From: the human T2T-CHM13v2.0 reference genome, Homo sapiens
Direction: 5' to 3' (one strand)
Length of the DNA stretch: 64,000 bases
Assembly: GCF_009914755.1 (NCBI RefSeq)
Contig: NC_060946.1
Below are positions 1 through 14,442 of this stretch, piece by piece. Under the pieces are notes generated by a model, which was not told the origin of the DNA, made no database searches, and saw only the letters and a program-made list of their open reading frames with translations. Position numbers and translations under genes: made by a program. Position 1 is the first letter of the stretch, and each line of letters begins with the position of its first letter.

Positions 1-1560
1 ATTTCAATAAAAGTGAAACGGCATCTGAATGTGGTTTTGAGGTACATTTTTTTTCTGATGAGAGACGTTGAGGACCGTTTCTCTTACATGTTGGTCAATT
101 TTGTGTCATCTTTGCAGAGATGTCTACTCAAGTTCTTTGTATTGGTTTGGATATGTATTTTGCTACATTGTATTTTTTTTCTGTGTATATGTTTGATAAC
201 AACCAGTGATTGAGTTATCGCTTACATGATTCCCTTTCTTTTTTTTTTTTGAGACAGAGTCTCATTCTCTCACCCAGGCTGGAGAGCACAGTAGCACATC
301 ACATGACCATATATATTGGCTACCTACAGCTTTGCAATGTAATTTGCTATCAGGAATTGTGAGTCTCCCAACTTAGTTTGTATTTCTCAGGATTCCTTAG
401 AGGTTCAGGGCCATTAGTGGTTCTATGTGAATATTAGCATTTTATATTCATATTTCTTAAATTTTTGCCATGTATAATAACATACACAATTAGAGGTTAT
501 GCTGGGACATGTTTTTTTCTTTGGGGACATTTTGATACATGTATACTTTGAGTAATGATCAAATCAGGGTACTTATCATAACTATTCCCTCATTGAGGTA
601 TTATTTCTTTGTTGTGAGTACATTCAAATTGCTCCCTTCTAGTTTTTTGAAAAATACAATATTTTGTTAACCAGAGTTACCCAGCTGTGGCATAGAAAAC
701 CAAAATGTGTTTCGCCAAACTCACTGTAACTTTGTTTCCATAACCGATCCCTCCCATCCCCCTCCTATCCCCCTCCTTCCCCTCTCCTCAGGAAACCGCT
801 ACTGTACCTTCTGCTTGAAGGTAAAGTTTTTTGGATTCCATATAAGTGAGATCACATAGTGTTTGCCTTTCTCTACCTAGTCGATTTCATTTAATGTAAT
901 GTCTTCCAGGTTCGTCTGTGTTTTTGCAAATGACATGTTGTCATGAATTTTTATGCATGAGGCATATTTCATCATGTCTGTATGCTGAAGTCCCTTCATC
1001 CTTTCATTGGTTGGTGGACAGGTAGGTTGATTTCATACCTTGGTTACTCATTGTTAGTGAGTAGTAGGTCACTAAACCTCAGAAGGCAGCTGTTGCTTCA
1101 ACAGACCGATCTCATTTTCTTTAAGCTCACAACCACGGTTAGAATTACTAGATGAAACAGTTCTTGCATTTTTAATTTCTGAGGGTGCTCCAAGTGGTTT
1201 TCTCAGTGCGTTTCATCATTGAAATTTCTCCCAATAGTGTATAAGAGGATCTCTATATCTAACAGCACCCTGAACTTTTATTTTTAAATTATTTCTGTTT
1301 TGGTATTATTCATTTTACTTAGCGTTAGATAGTATCTGAGTGTGGTCTTTATTTACAGTTTTGTGATGACCAGTGATGTTGAGAAACACCTTTTTTACCT
1401 TTTAATCAATATCATACCTTCTTTTCAGAAATGTCTGTTATTCAGGTTTTTTTGCCCAGTTTTTTTGGGGGTATTGGGTCTTGTATGTTTTGTCCCTCTG
1501 TAGTGTTAGTTTCTGCTGTTGTCAGATAACACTCCCTTTCAGATATATGATTCCTCATAA
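1..1560 (-). mobile_element. Degraded old L1 (L1M-type) 3' fragments, with a short Alu fragment at ~239-290
   Basis: T-rich sequence with antisense L1 3'-end-like motifs (e.g. 'ttggattccatataagtgagatcacatag', 'ttctgatgagagacgttgag'). Boundaries approximate. Confidence 0.6.
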
Positions 1561-1818
1561 TTTCCTTTTTTTGATGTGTAAAAAGATAAACCTATTGTGG
1601 CAACAGCCAAGAACGGTAATAATCAAATGCAGGAATTAGGTGCCATTTATATTTCCCCACTCAGAGTATAAGACTTCCTGCCTCACAGAAGTAAATGAGA
1701 TTTTTCTGTGCATATAGTAAAATTTTACTTTTCATATTTTAATTTTTCGTGTCCTAAAAAGTTAACACAATTTAATTAAAAATTAAAGCCACTAAAACAT
1801 TTATGTAACAATTTCTTT

Positions 1819-2041
1819 TTAAATTTTACTTTAAGTCCTGGGATACATGTGCAGAATGTGCAGGTTTGTTACATAGGTATACATGTGCCATGGTGGTTTG
1901 CTGCATCTATCAACCCGTCATCTAGGTTTCAAGCCTGGTATGCATTAGGTATGTGCCCTAATGCTCTCCCTCCCCTTGCCCCCAACCCCCTGACATGCCA
2001 TGGTGTGTGATGTTCCCCTCTCTGTGTCCATGTGTTCTCAT
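1819..2041 (-). mobile_element. 5'-truncated L1PA 3' end with target-site duplication
   Basis: 'gatacatgtgcagaatgtgcaggtttgttacataggtatacatgtgccatggtggtttgctgc' is the antisense L1PA 3'UTR; 15-bp TSD tgtaacaatttcttt at 1804-1818 and 2042-2056. Confidence 0.9.
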
Positions 2042-2424
2042 TGTAACAATTTCTTTAATTACCACATAAGGTACTATGTTATCTGACAAATCTATGTTTT
2101 ACAGAGAAATTGTAGAAAAGTCATTCACAAGTTTCTTCTTGATTTCAAACTGTAACACAATGTTGTAAGTAATGCAACTAGACAGAATTCGGCTGGATAT
2201 TGAAATTCAACATAATAAAAAATATATATGCTGGTTTATCCATACTACTCACACTGTTAGTATGAATGCTCTATCCTAAAGACAGAAACAAGTGTCTTAG
2301 TGAATCTATATCATTACAAACTAGATTAGCTTTTCTCCTTTTGAATTTTAGAAAAATACAAAAATTCAATTGCCTAATTATTGTACACAGTGTTTCAATA
2401 TATGCATGACTAAAGCAATTATAG

Positions 2425-2735
<311 letters not shown>

Positions 2736-3149
2736 TAGTTTTTATATAGGAGTAAGAAAGGTCTTAAATGGAAAGATTAAAAAGGATTGCAAATCACATG
2801 GCAGCAGAAGGGAGCTATAATTATAACATGTCAGCAAGAGAACCAAAAATCACCTTTCAAATCTAGAGGATTATGGAAAGATATCTGAAAAAATTGTACA
2901 CTTCTGATAAAGGCAGTTTATTTTACACAAAATGCTTACCAATAATGTGCATGAGGAAAAAGTGAACTCAGAAGTTGACAAGGGAATTCAAAGAGGGAAG
3001 AAGAATTTTTGTACCAAATGCTGCTTGAATAACAAAATATAAATATTTGCATCCCATTCTCACTCCATACGGAAAACAAATGGGTACTTCTTTCTAACCT
3101 TGGAACAGGTAGAAGTTTCTTGTAAGGACACAGAAAGCTCTAACCCTAC

Positions 3150-4260
3150 ATAAAGACATTTATAGGTTAAACTTCAGTGAAAATTAAAGGTTATCAAAAG
3201 ACACTATAAACATGAATATGCAAGCCACAGACTTGGGGAAATATATGTAATACATGCATTTGTCAAATAATTCATCTCATATAAAGAACTTTTACAAGTT
3301 AACAATACAGAGGCAAACAGGCCAATTAAAAAGTAGAAAAACTTGAACAGACAGTTTGCAAAGCAAGACATACAAATAGCCAGTGGGTATATTAAACAAT
3401 GGTCAACATCACTAACAGTCAGGAAGATGCAAGTTAAAATCTCAAGATACAATTTCATTTGATTTCACATTTTAGCCACTGTAATGGCAAAATCAAAACG
3501 ACTGATAATACTAAATGTTGATGAAAATAAGAATTAACCAACACTCTCATAAAACTGGTGGAATTGTAAAACAACTACTTTGGAAATGGTGTAGCAATTT
3601 CTTGTAATATTAAATATACACTTAACCTATGACTCAGCACTTTTACTCCAAGCTGTTGATCCAAGAAAAATAAAAATGTACATTTTAGTACATTTTTTAG
3701 TACATTTAGTACATTTTTTCTAGTACAAGTCTATGTGTGTATGTATGTGTATGTATGTGTATGTATACACACGTACACCTACGTAGACTTGTACTAGAAT
3801 CTAACATAGCAGTCTTATTTACGTTAACCCAAACTTGGAAATGAGCCAATGTCCTTTGACAGTGAATAAATAAATAAACCATGGTGTATCACACAACAGT
3901 ATATATTCAGTGATTAAAAGAGAACTATAGAATCGCACAACAGCATGGGTGAATCTCAAAACAGAAAAATGTATTTAGAGAAGGAAGCCAGACATTGAAA
4001 AGTGTGGATGTGTGATTCCATTTATTTGAAATGCAGCCATAAGAAAAATTTATCTTTGGTGACAGAGCTCAGAAGGTAGTTGTTTTTGACCCATGAAGGT
4101 ACTGACTGGAAAGAGATGTGAGAGGATTTTCTGGAAATGTTCTATATTTTGACTGGGATAGTAACATGAGGGTCTATAACTGTCAAAGCTCACAGAAGTG
4201 AACATTTAAAACTTCTGCATTTTACAAAGTATAAATTGTTCCATAATTTAAAACAATAAA
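3150..4260 (+). mobile_element. Ancient L1 (L1ME-like) 3' region
   Basis: Degenerate L1 ORF2 C-terminus and 3'UTR motifs ('tgattccatttatttgaaat', 'aactactttggaaa'). Confidence 0.55.
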
Positions 4261-4599
4261 CAGTCTCATATCATTCATTCCTTCAACAAGTAATTATACA
4301 GGCCTTGCCTTTTAGTAGTTCTGCAGCCTTGTGAAGATTTGAAGATTTCTTAACCTCTCTGAGATCATCTAGCTCAAGCCAAATGGGATAATCATAAAAA
4401 CCACCTCACCAGGGTATTGAAAAAATTAGTTATAAAATGTTTAGGTCAGTGTGAGGCACATACTAGATCCTCAGTAAACATTAACTGATTCTATATTTAC
4501 CATTCAGCACCCAGACTTGAGAAAGGGGCAAGGCAAAGAGGAAGCTCAGCCAATATGGTTTAAAGAACACTAAACTGTGTAACAAAACTATTTTACATT

Positions 4600-5640
<1,041 letters not shown>

Positions 5641-5644
5641 TGTA

Positions 5645-6160
<516 letters not shown>

Positions 6161-6638
6161 AAGTATGTATTTTTTTAAAGAAAATCCTCTTCAGTGATTT
6201 TCTAATTTTTCTAGATTTTCTAGTTTTTCCATGCCTATTTTCAGCAGGTTGCATTGACATGTACATGGTGACTTAGCTTTCTGAAAAGAGCTATGGTATA
6301 ATGAATATATGCCACTTGCCAGAAACCATGGTCAACACCATACATACCTCATTCCTAAGTGACCTATAAACATAGCAAGGCTGGCATTACCATGCCCATT
6401 TTATAGATGAAAAGATCAAGGCTTGGTGATGCTAAGAGACAGGTCTAAAGCTACAAGTTTACAAAGTAACAAAGTCAATTTAATCATAAGCACATTCATT
6501 TCTTTGTTCACTTTTCAGATACAATGTTTAAAAATATGTCAAATGATAAGCATTTCCTATTTGTTTTACTCTGAAATATAGGGATGTCCTTTGCCAGCTA
6601 CTTAAAAATGTTTTGTCCTTACTCTGAAATATGAATAA

Positions 6639-6929
<291 letters not shown>

Positions 6930-7204
6930 TACTGTTGTTTTTTGATAACTTGTTTGCCCTCTTCCTCCCTTTCTTACCCTCCCTCCCCTGATGGTCTCCC
7001 TCTCCTTTATAGATACAGGGCCAGTGGCCTCAAGCCAGTACCTTGGATGTTTACCTCTACTGTATTTTGGGCTAGGACATTATAATTAAATTTAATAACT
7101 ATTGAAACAAACGTCAAGTTAAGATTTTGCTACAAGAAAGGTGGGTGGACATATATTAATAGTTTGGGAGTAAATGTCAATCTTTACGTTCCTGAGACCT
7201 TATA

Positions 7205-7519
7205 TTTTATTTATTTATTTATTTTGAGATGGAGTCTCGCTCTGTTGCCCAGGCTGGAGTGCAGTGGCATGATCTCGGCTCACTGCAAGCTCCACGTCCC
7301 GGGGTTCACGCCATTCTCCTGTCTCAACCTCCCCAGTAGCTGGGACCACAGGCGCCCACCACCACGCCCGGCTAATTTTTTTTTTTTTTTTTTGTATTTT
7401 TAGTAGAGACGGGGTGTCACCGTGTTAGCCAGGATGGTCTCGATCTCCTGACCTTGTGATTCACCCGCCTCAGCCTCCCCAAGTGCTGGGATTACAGGTG
7501 TAGTAAGCCACTGGCCCAG
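7205..7519 (-). mobile_element. Alu (AluY-like)
   Basis: AluY-type 'cactgcaagctcc', 'ttcacgccattctcc', 'gttagccaggatggtctcgatc'. Confidence 0.9.
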
Positions 7520-7639
7520 TCTCTTTTTTTTTTTTCCTGGCAGTTACTTTCTAAATTACATGTTTTTTGTTTTTTCCTTTAAAACCTTTATTGTTGACAG
7601 GTTTTTCCACTTACATTATTTATCTTGCCTGGGCCATGC

Positions 7640-8010
7640 TCTTCCCTAAAAATTCCACTAGAGAGAAACTAGCTTCCAAGCTTTTTCAGGTTGTTAGCAG
7701 AAGTAACTTCCTTGAGGCTGTAGCTCCGAGGAGCTCAGCTTTTTGCTGCCTGTTGGCTGAAGGCTGCCCACAGTTCCTTGCCATGTGGGCTTCCTCAACT
7801 TAGCAGTTTACTTCATCAAGCCAGCAAAGTGGATATGTGTCCCAGTCTCCTACGACGCAGTCCTAAATAATGTGGTGAAGGGAAGTCGTAATCAATGTCA
7901 TCAATGGACTCAGATAAATCACATCATTTTTGCTGTGTTCTCTGGGTTAGAAGAAAGTCACAGGTCCCATTCACATGGAAGAGGAAGGGATTTCACAAAA
8001 GCATGGACAC
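7640..8010. mobile_element. MaLR LTR (MLT1-like) fragment
   Basis: Resembles MLT1 motifs ('ttccttgaggctgtag', 'gttccttgccatgtggg', 'agtcacaggtcc'). Confidence 0.5.
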
Positions 8011-8267
8011 CAGGCACTTTATATCTATCCATGCCCACATTTTACAGAACAAGAGAGAGACCATAAAATGAAACTCTTGAGAAATGATCATTCAACATAT
8101 GACTTTAGTTGCCAACCTCTCAGGCTACTTTTAAAAATATAAACATATGTTCCAGTTTAGATATATGAATATTTGAACACTTTCCTGGAGTCCTTCTTTT
8201 AAGATCACAAATAGGGAATATAACTTTATAGCTTAGATGATATATAAAAAATAAAGATCAGATGTAA

Positions 8268-8579
<312 letters not shown>

Positions 8580-10701
8580 CAGAAACTGAGTTTCTACTCT
8601 GGCAAGTTAAACAAAAAATTAGTACATATCAGGCTGGGTGGCTCTAGGCCACATGCAAGCAAGCTGCAAACTGAATTGCCTCTGCAGCTGCAGAAGGCTA
8701 ATTTCTACATTGATATTTGGAAACACTAACAGCTAGAAAACACCACTCTACTCATTTTTAAAAATAAGATCATATTAAATGATGTTACATGCATCATTTA
8801 TATATTGCTCGCAGTGCCAGCATCCTCAAATATGGTTTTAATTTTGGTAGATATCTTGCTAGGGGGAGCACATTTCCAAGTTATCCAGATATAGGGCCCT
8901 CTTTCCTTCTCTTTCTGTCCACGTGCCACCAGATGCTTTGTGGAGTTAAAGTTGACATTTATTTAAATGCCACTTGGTGTCTGGTTTTTCACCTTTAATT
9001 TAGGGTTTTCTAGCTGGGATGTAAAAGAATCACTTGGAGGGATTTTTCAAAATACCAATGGCCAGGCCACTAGCCAGTCAATCAGAAGCAAAATCTCCTT
9101 GGATGGGACCTGGAAGTCTTTACAGTTTTCCAGCATTTTAATGAACATCCCTGATTAAGAACCACCAGGTCTTAAGAGTGTGGCATATGTATTTTTCAAG
9201 TTCCTAGAGGCTCTCCAAAACAAAACAAAAAAAATCTGCTTTATTCTCTGCCTGGTGTTGATGCATCAGTCTCTTTAGCCGTTAGTCTGATCCTGGAAAT
9301 TTATGGTCATAATTTGATGAGCAATGTTGGGAATGACTTCTTCTTTTTTTTTTTTTTTTGTTTTGTTTTTTTTTGTTTCTGTTGACCAGGCTGGAGTGTA
9401 GTGGGGCGATCTCCGCTCACTGCAACCTCCACCCCAATACTTTCATTTTTAAATATTATTTATGGCATCCAGATTTGCATAAGATGGACTGGGTCAATGG
9501 CCATGCCCTTTATAAATCAATATTCTTAAGTTCTGCAAATTCAGTTTCCTAAAGAGCCAAATCACATCCTACTCATCAGCAAGGCGGGTAGACATCATTT
9601 TCACAATCACTTCTAATTTTCCACCATTGTAAAAAAAATAAAATATGTAATCACTTTCTTATTGTAAAATAAAGAATTTACTTTTCCAGGACCTACTGCC
9701 TCCCTGTTCCCCCCCCCCCTTTTTTTTTTTTCAAACAATCTTGAACCCTTTGTCACGAGTCAGTTGCCAAGAGAAGCCTATTTGTTGGTTTGAGAGCAGT
9801 TCATGCAGACACAGACCACTTCCTCTGAGAATTCATTTGCTTCCCCAGGATGGAATCTGGCTGGGCCTCTGACCTTGCTGGTCACGTGGGCCGGGGCCTC
9901 CATCAGTCATACCCTGGACTCCTATCTGTGTCTAAACACCACGCCCCACCCCCAACTGCACGGCAGCCACTCGCATAGCACTCTGGGAGGGCTGTGGGCA
10001 TGAGCAGCGAGGACTCCATCAGCAGCTCCCCCACATAAGCCCTGCTGATGAGGGGGCTTGCGAAGCAGCTTTGATGTGCTGGTAAATCCAGGTGCAAAAC
10101 AGAACTCAAGTTAAGGCCTCCGCACAGCACTGCGTTCTAACTGTGAAGGATTCTTACTCTAGTGTCCTGTGTGGAGGTATTGGAATTGTCCATTGCTAAG
10201 ACTCAGAGGAGAAAAGCACTTAGCATCGCAGGACTTGGAGCACCGGTGCTGAGGCAACCCTTCATTCATTCGTCGGATGTGTGTTAAGGCCCAGGGCAGG
10301 GGTCAGGGTTTCTCCTCTCACACAGCACGTGGGTGGCAGGACCAACACCGGGTCTGACCTCCCAGCCGGGGGCACAGGCTGCTAACCCCAGGCCTGGAAT
10401 CTGTCAGATGCCCTTCCCGTGCTGACTTGACTTAGACAGGCCTCCTGACCTTCCCGCAAAGGTCATGTGTGATTCGCAGGGGTTCTGGCCGCTTGAAAGG
10501 TTCCTGAGAAAGTACATGCAATGAGGACAGAGCTTGCAGAGGGAGGACAGGCATGCAGAAGGCTCTGTGTGCAGCCCCAGACCTGGGTACCTTCGTCACC
10601 GTCCTCACCCCACCTCCGGGTGCGCAGATAGGGAGCAGGTCTCCTGTGTTATGGCCCAAGCAGGGCTGTTAGGACACTGAGAACATTCCCTCCTCCCGCA
10701 G

Positions 10702-10841
10702 GAGAGAGAGGTCCAAGGTGCCCTACATCGTGCGCCAGTGCGTGGAGGAGATCGAGCGCCGAGGCATGGAGGAGGTGGGCATCTACCGCATGTCTGGGGT
10801 GGCCGCAGACATCCAGGCACTGAAGGCAGCCTTCAACGTCA
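10702..10841 (+). pseudogene. BCR-like exon (exon 19 equivalent), RhoGAP N-terminus with arginine finger
   Basis: cccgcag|GAGAGAGAGG...AACGTCA|gtgagt; 140 bp; [46 protein letters not shown]. Confidence 0.95.
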
Positions 10842-11896
10842 GTGAGTGTCGGCCTGCGCAGGACGGGATGGAGGTGTGGGCAGTGGTGTCCGCGATGAGA
10901 TCTCAGAGTGCTCCACGGCCCAGGCATGTCACATCCTTCTCTGTGTCTTTTCTTCATTTACTGTTTTATTATTTTTAAAAAAGAGAAAACAAGAGTTGTA
11001 CAAACAGCTTCTATAGAAGCCAGTTTTTACACCATCGTACCCACTCGTGCCACTTGGTGCAGTGGACCAGGGGCTTCTGCGGGGCCTTGGCCTTCCTGCC
11101 TTGGGGTTGGACAGGAGGTGGAAGCCCAGGACTCAGTGCGGTCTGTCCACTGCCCTGTATGAGGATGTGGTGGGCAGAGGGCACTGATGAAATTCAGCGC
11201 AGGCCGGGGCTGCAGCCTCTCCGCCTCCATCTCACCAACCCTCACAGGCTTTGAAGGACCCGGACCTGCCTCAAATGCCAGGGGAGGGCACTGAGACCCC
11301 AGAGGGTCCTTCCCAGCATCTTCAAAGCAACAGGATTTTGTGCCTGCAGACCCTTCTTTGCAGCACACACCACCCACCCTGACCAGGACCCTTAGAATGC
11401 CCAGCATCCCTGGGAGGGCCCTGTGGTAGTTTCAGCTCCCTCTGAGGGCCCAGAATGAACCTGGCCTGTGGTGAGGATGTAAGCACCAATGGCCAATTGG
11501 GTCCAAAGGAAGACACCGGTTCAAACACTGAAACCAATCAGATTCTCCCACGGCCTTCCTGCTATCAGATGACACTGGTGCAGGGGTGGTTGCTATGTAC
11601 AGGGCAGAGCCACCCAATCCCCACGCAGGCGCTGTGTCCTGCCATGCTGGCCTCCTCCTGGCCATCACATCAGGCCAAGCAGGGGAGAGGAATGGGAATG
11701 CCCACGCACCCCTATCAACTCTGCAGACACAGAACCATGCACAGCTCTTGGGAGGAGTCAGATGAGCTGCTCAAAGCCCAGGAGGGACCCACACAGTGGT
11801 CAGCATGGCAGGGACGGTGCTTTAGCCAAGGCAGGGATGGTGGGTGACTCACTCAGGATCTTCAAGGAGGCCGCTGCATTTCCGTGCTCTTTCCAG

Positions 11897-12031
11897 ATAA
11901 CAAGGACGTGTCAGTGATGATGAGCGAGATGGACGTGAACGCCATCGCAGGCTCGCTGAAGCTGTACTTCCGTGAGCTGCCCGAGCCCCTCTTCACTGAC
12001 GAGTTCTACCCCAACTTCGCAGAGGGCATCG
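11897..12031 (+). pseudogene. BCR-like exon (exon 20 equivalent)
   Basis: ttccag|ATAACAAG...GGCATCG|gtgagc; 135 bp; [44 protein letters not shown]. Confidence 0.95.
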
Positions 12032-12976
12032 GTGAGCACTGGAGGCCTTGGCCTCATGGGAGACGTCTCCTCCATGTGCACTGCTGCCCTCAGAGGCTGT
12101 GAAAAGTGAGGTGTGGGAACCCGAGCTGTGCTTCCTCTGCCATGGTCGGAATTTTAACCCAACCTCAAAAAGCAGGGGACCAAAACTGAGCCTATCCTGG
12201 AAGGCCTTGCCCATCCCCAGAGAGCTCCCCATCCCTATTCCTCAAGGAGGCCAAGTGGGTGAAATGGTCAGCACTGCCGTGCTGTGGGGTCCTAAAGTCT
12301 GCTGTCCTCCTTCCTGCAGACCAGGGCTAAACACTGGTGCCCAGGTGCTCTTGCCATGGGTCCTGGTCCAGCCAAGCATGGTTTCAAACATGACCTGACC
12401 CTTAGTCAACCTGGAGGCTGATGTCTAGAGTGGGTGCTGATGCGTGCAGTACCTGTGGCCTGTGCATCACCCTTAGGGCAGGTCTGCCTCCCGGGCCCAT
12501 GCACAGAGGACCTGGTCTCCCAGCCTGCAGGTGCCCCTGTGGTGTCCAGGACAACTAGGGGGTCTCTGCGTACTTGGTGGGGCTGGGACCCTCCCACTTC
12601 CCACCTCCTTGTGTCCCTCACTCCCCTGTTTCATTCCATGCTGAGCCTCCCCTGCCTTGGGCTCCCTGGGGAGGGGGTGGTGGCAGGAGTTGCCCAAGGG
12701 CTGCTCTGCCCATCAGCAGCTGCTCTAGCGGCTCCTCCTGCTGCTGTTCGCCGGGTGCTGCTGACCCCTGCGAGGTAGAGAAAAGGCGTTCAGGTGGTTC
12801 ACACCCCACACAGGTGCCCCTCACAGGGTCCTCACTGGCGGCCAGCGCTGTGGGTGTGACGATGATGACAAGCCTAAACTGCGCAAGGACTCGTGTCCCG
12901 GGCGCTCCATGTGACCACCTCGGGAGAGGTCTCCGGCTTGTCGTAACCCAGGGGAGTGACCCACTGCCTCCTGCAG

Positions 12977-13082
12977 CTCTTTCAGACCCAGTTGCAAAGA
13001 AGAGCTGCATGCTCAACCTGCTGTCGTCCCTGCCGGAGGCCAACCTGCTCACCTTCCTTTTCCTTCTAGACCACCTGGAAAG
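12977..13082 (+). pseudogene. BCR-like exon (exon 21 equivalent)
   Basis: ctgcag|CTCTTTCAGAC...CTGGAAAG|gtagcc; 106 bp; [35 protein letters not shown]. Confidence 0.95.
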
Positions 13083-13559
13083 GTAGCCCAGCTCTCTTGT
13101 GGCTGCCCAGGACTCCAGGTCTCCAGGCCGTGGGGTGCCCCTCTGCTCCCACCAGACCCCCAGCACCAAGGACCTTTTCCCCCGACCCCTGTCTGCAGTA
13201 ACTCACTGCTTCTAAGGACTAGCACCACTGCCACCCCCGCCCCTGCCTCTCCTCTTTGCCACCCTCCTCCCTCTGCACTGTGGCCTTAACAAAGAGCTCA
13301 GAGCTTTGGCCGTGGCCAGCAGTGCATTTGGACCGCCCCCGCTTCCCTCCCAAGCACATCATGAAGACCTCCCCATCAGCCCAGAGCTGGCCCCTTGTCC
13401 TGGGCCACTGAGACCCAGAAGTACCAAGGCTGGAGTCAGCTTGCAGCACAGCCAGGGTCGAGGTCACTCCCTCCCTGAGGACTCTAGCACGGCACAGCCC
13501 CTCTGCCTCTCTCCTGGTGGTGGCGTTGAAACAGCACCCTCTGCTTCGGTCCTCGACAG

Positions 13560-13722
13560 GATGGCAGAGAAGGAGGCAGTCAATAAGATGTCCCTGCACA
13601 ACCTTGGCACGGTGTTTGGCCCCACGCTGCTCCGGCCCTCCGAGAAGGAGAGCAAGCTCCCTGCCAACCCCAGCCAGCCCATCACCATGACTGACAGCTG
13701 GTCCTTGGAGGTCATGTCCCAG
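13560..13722 (+). pseudogene. BCR-like exon (exon 22 equivalent)
   Basis: gacag|GATGGCAGAG...TCCCAG|gtatgg; 163 bp; [54 protein letters not shown]. Confidence 0.95.
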
Positions 13723-13954
13723 GTATGGGAAGACAGGCTCCAGCCCATGCAACCCCAGCCTGACAGAGGTGGCCTCTGCCTGCCCCACCCCCAGTCCTGC
13801 CCATCTTCCGACTTGCATTGTATGTGGTGGTGGCTGAGATTCAGAGACAGGGACTTGCCTAGGTTTGCATGGATGGGAGTGATAGGGGGTGCCCAGGCCA
13901 CCTCCTGGTCCTGCTGGTGCACCTTGCTGGGGGCTTAAAACCACCCCAAGTGTT

Positions 13955-14245
13955 CCGGTGTGGTGGCTCATGCCTGTAATCCCAGCACTTTGGGAGGCCG
14001 AGGCAGGACAACTGAACCCAGGTGTTTGAGACCAGTCTGGGCAATGTAGCAAACCTCATCTCCAGAAAAAATACAAAGAAAAATTAGTCAGGCATTGTGG
14101 CACACATCTGTAATCCTAGGTATCTGGGAGGCTGACACAGGAGGATTGCTTGAGCCCAGGAGTTAGAGGCTGCAGTGATCCATGATGGAGCCACTGTACT
14201 CCAGCCTGGGGGACAGAGCAAGGCCCTGTGCATCTCTAAAATAAA
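13955..14245 (+). mobile_element. Alu (AluJ-like) in the last BCR-like intron
   Basis: Diverged sense Alu dimer. Confidence 0.9.
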
Positions 14246-14442
14246 TAACCACCCCTCACCCAACAAGTCATGCCTTGTCAGGACCCCACCCCACCCCCGT
14301 CCCACTGTAAGGGGTTCATGACACCAGCAGGGGTTTCTAGCACCTGAGGTGGACTTGGGAGCTTGGGCCCCAAAGACCTCCCCACCAGCAGCTGTGAGCC
14401 CCGCTCTGAGCCACTCTCCTCTTCCCCACTCCGCGAGGGCAG

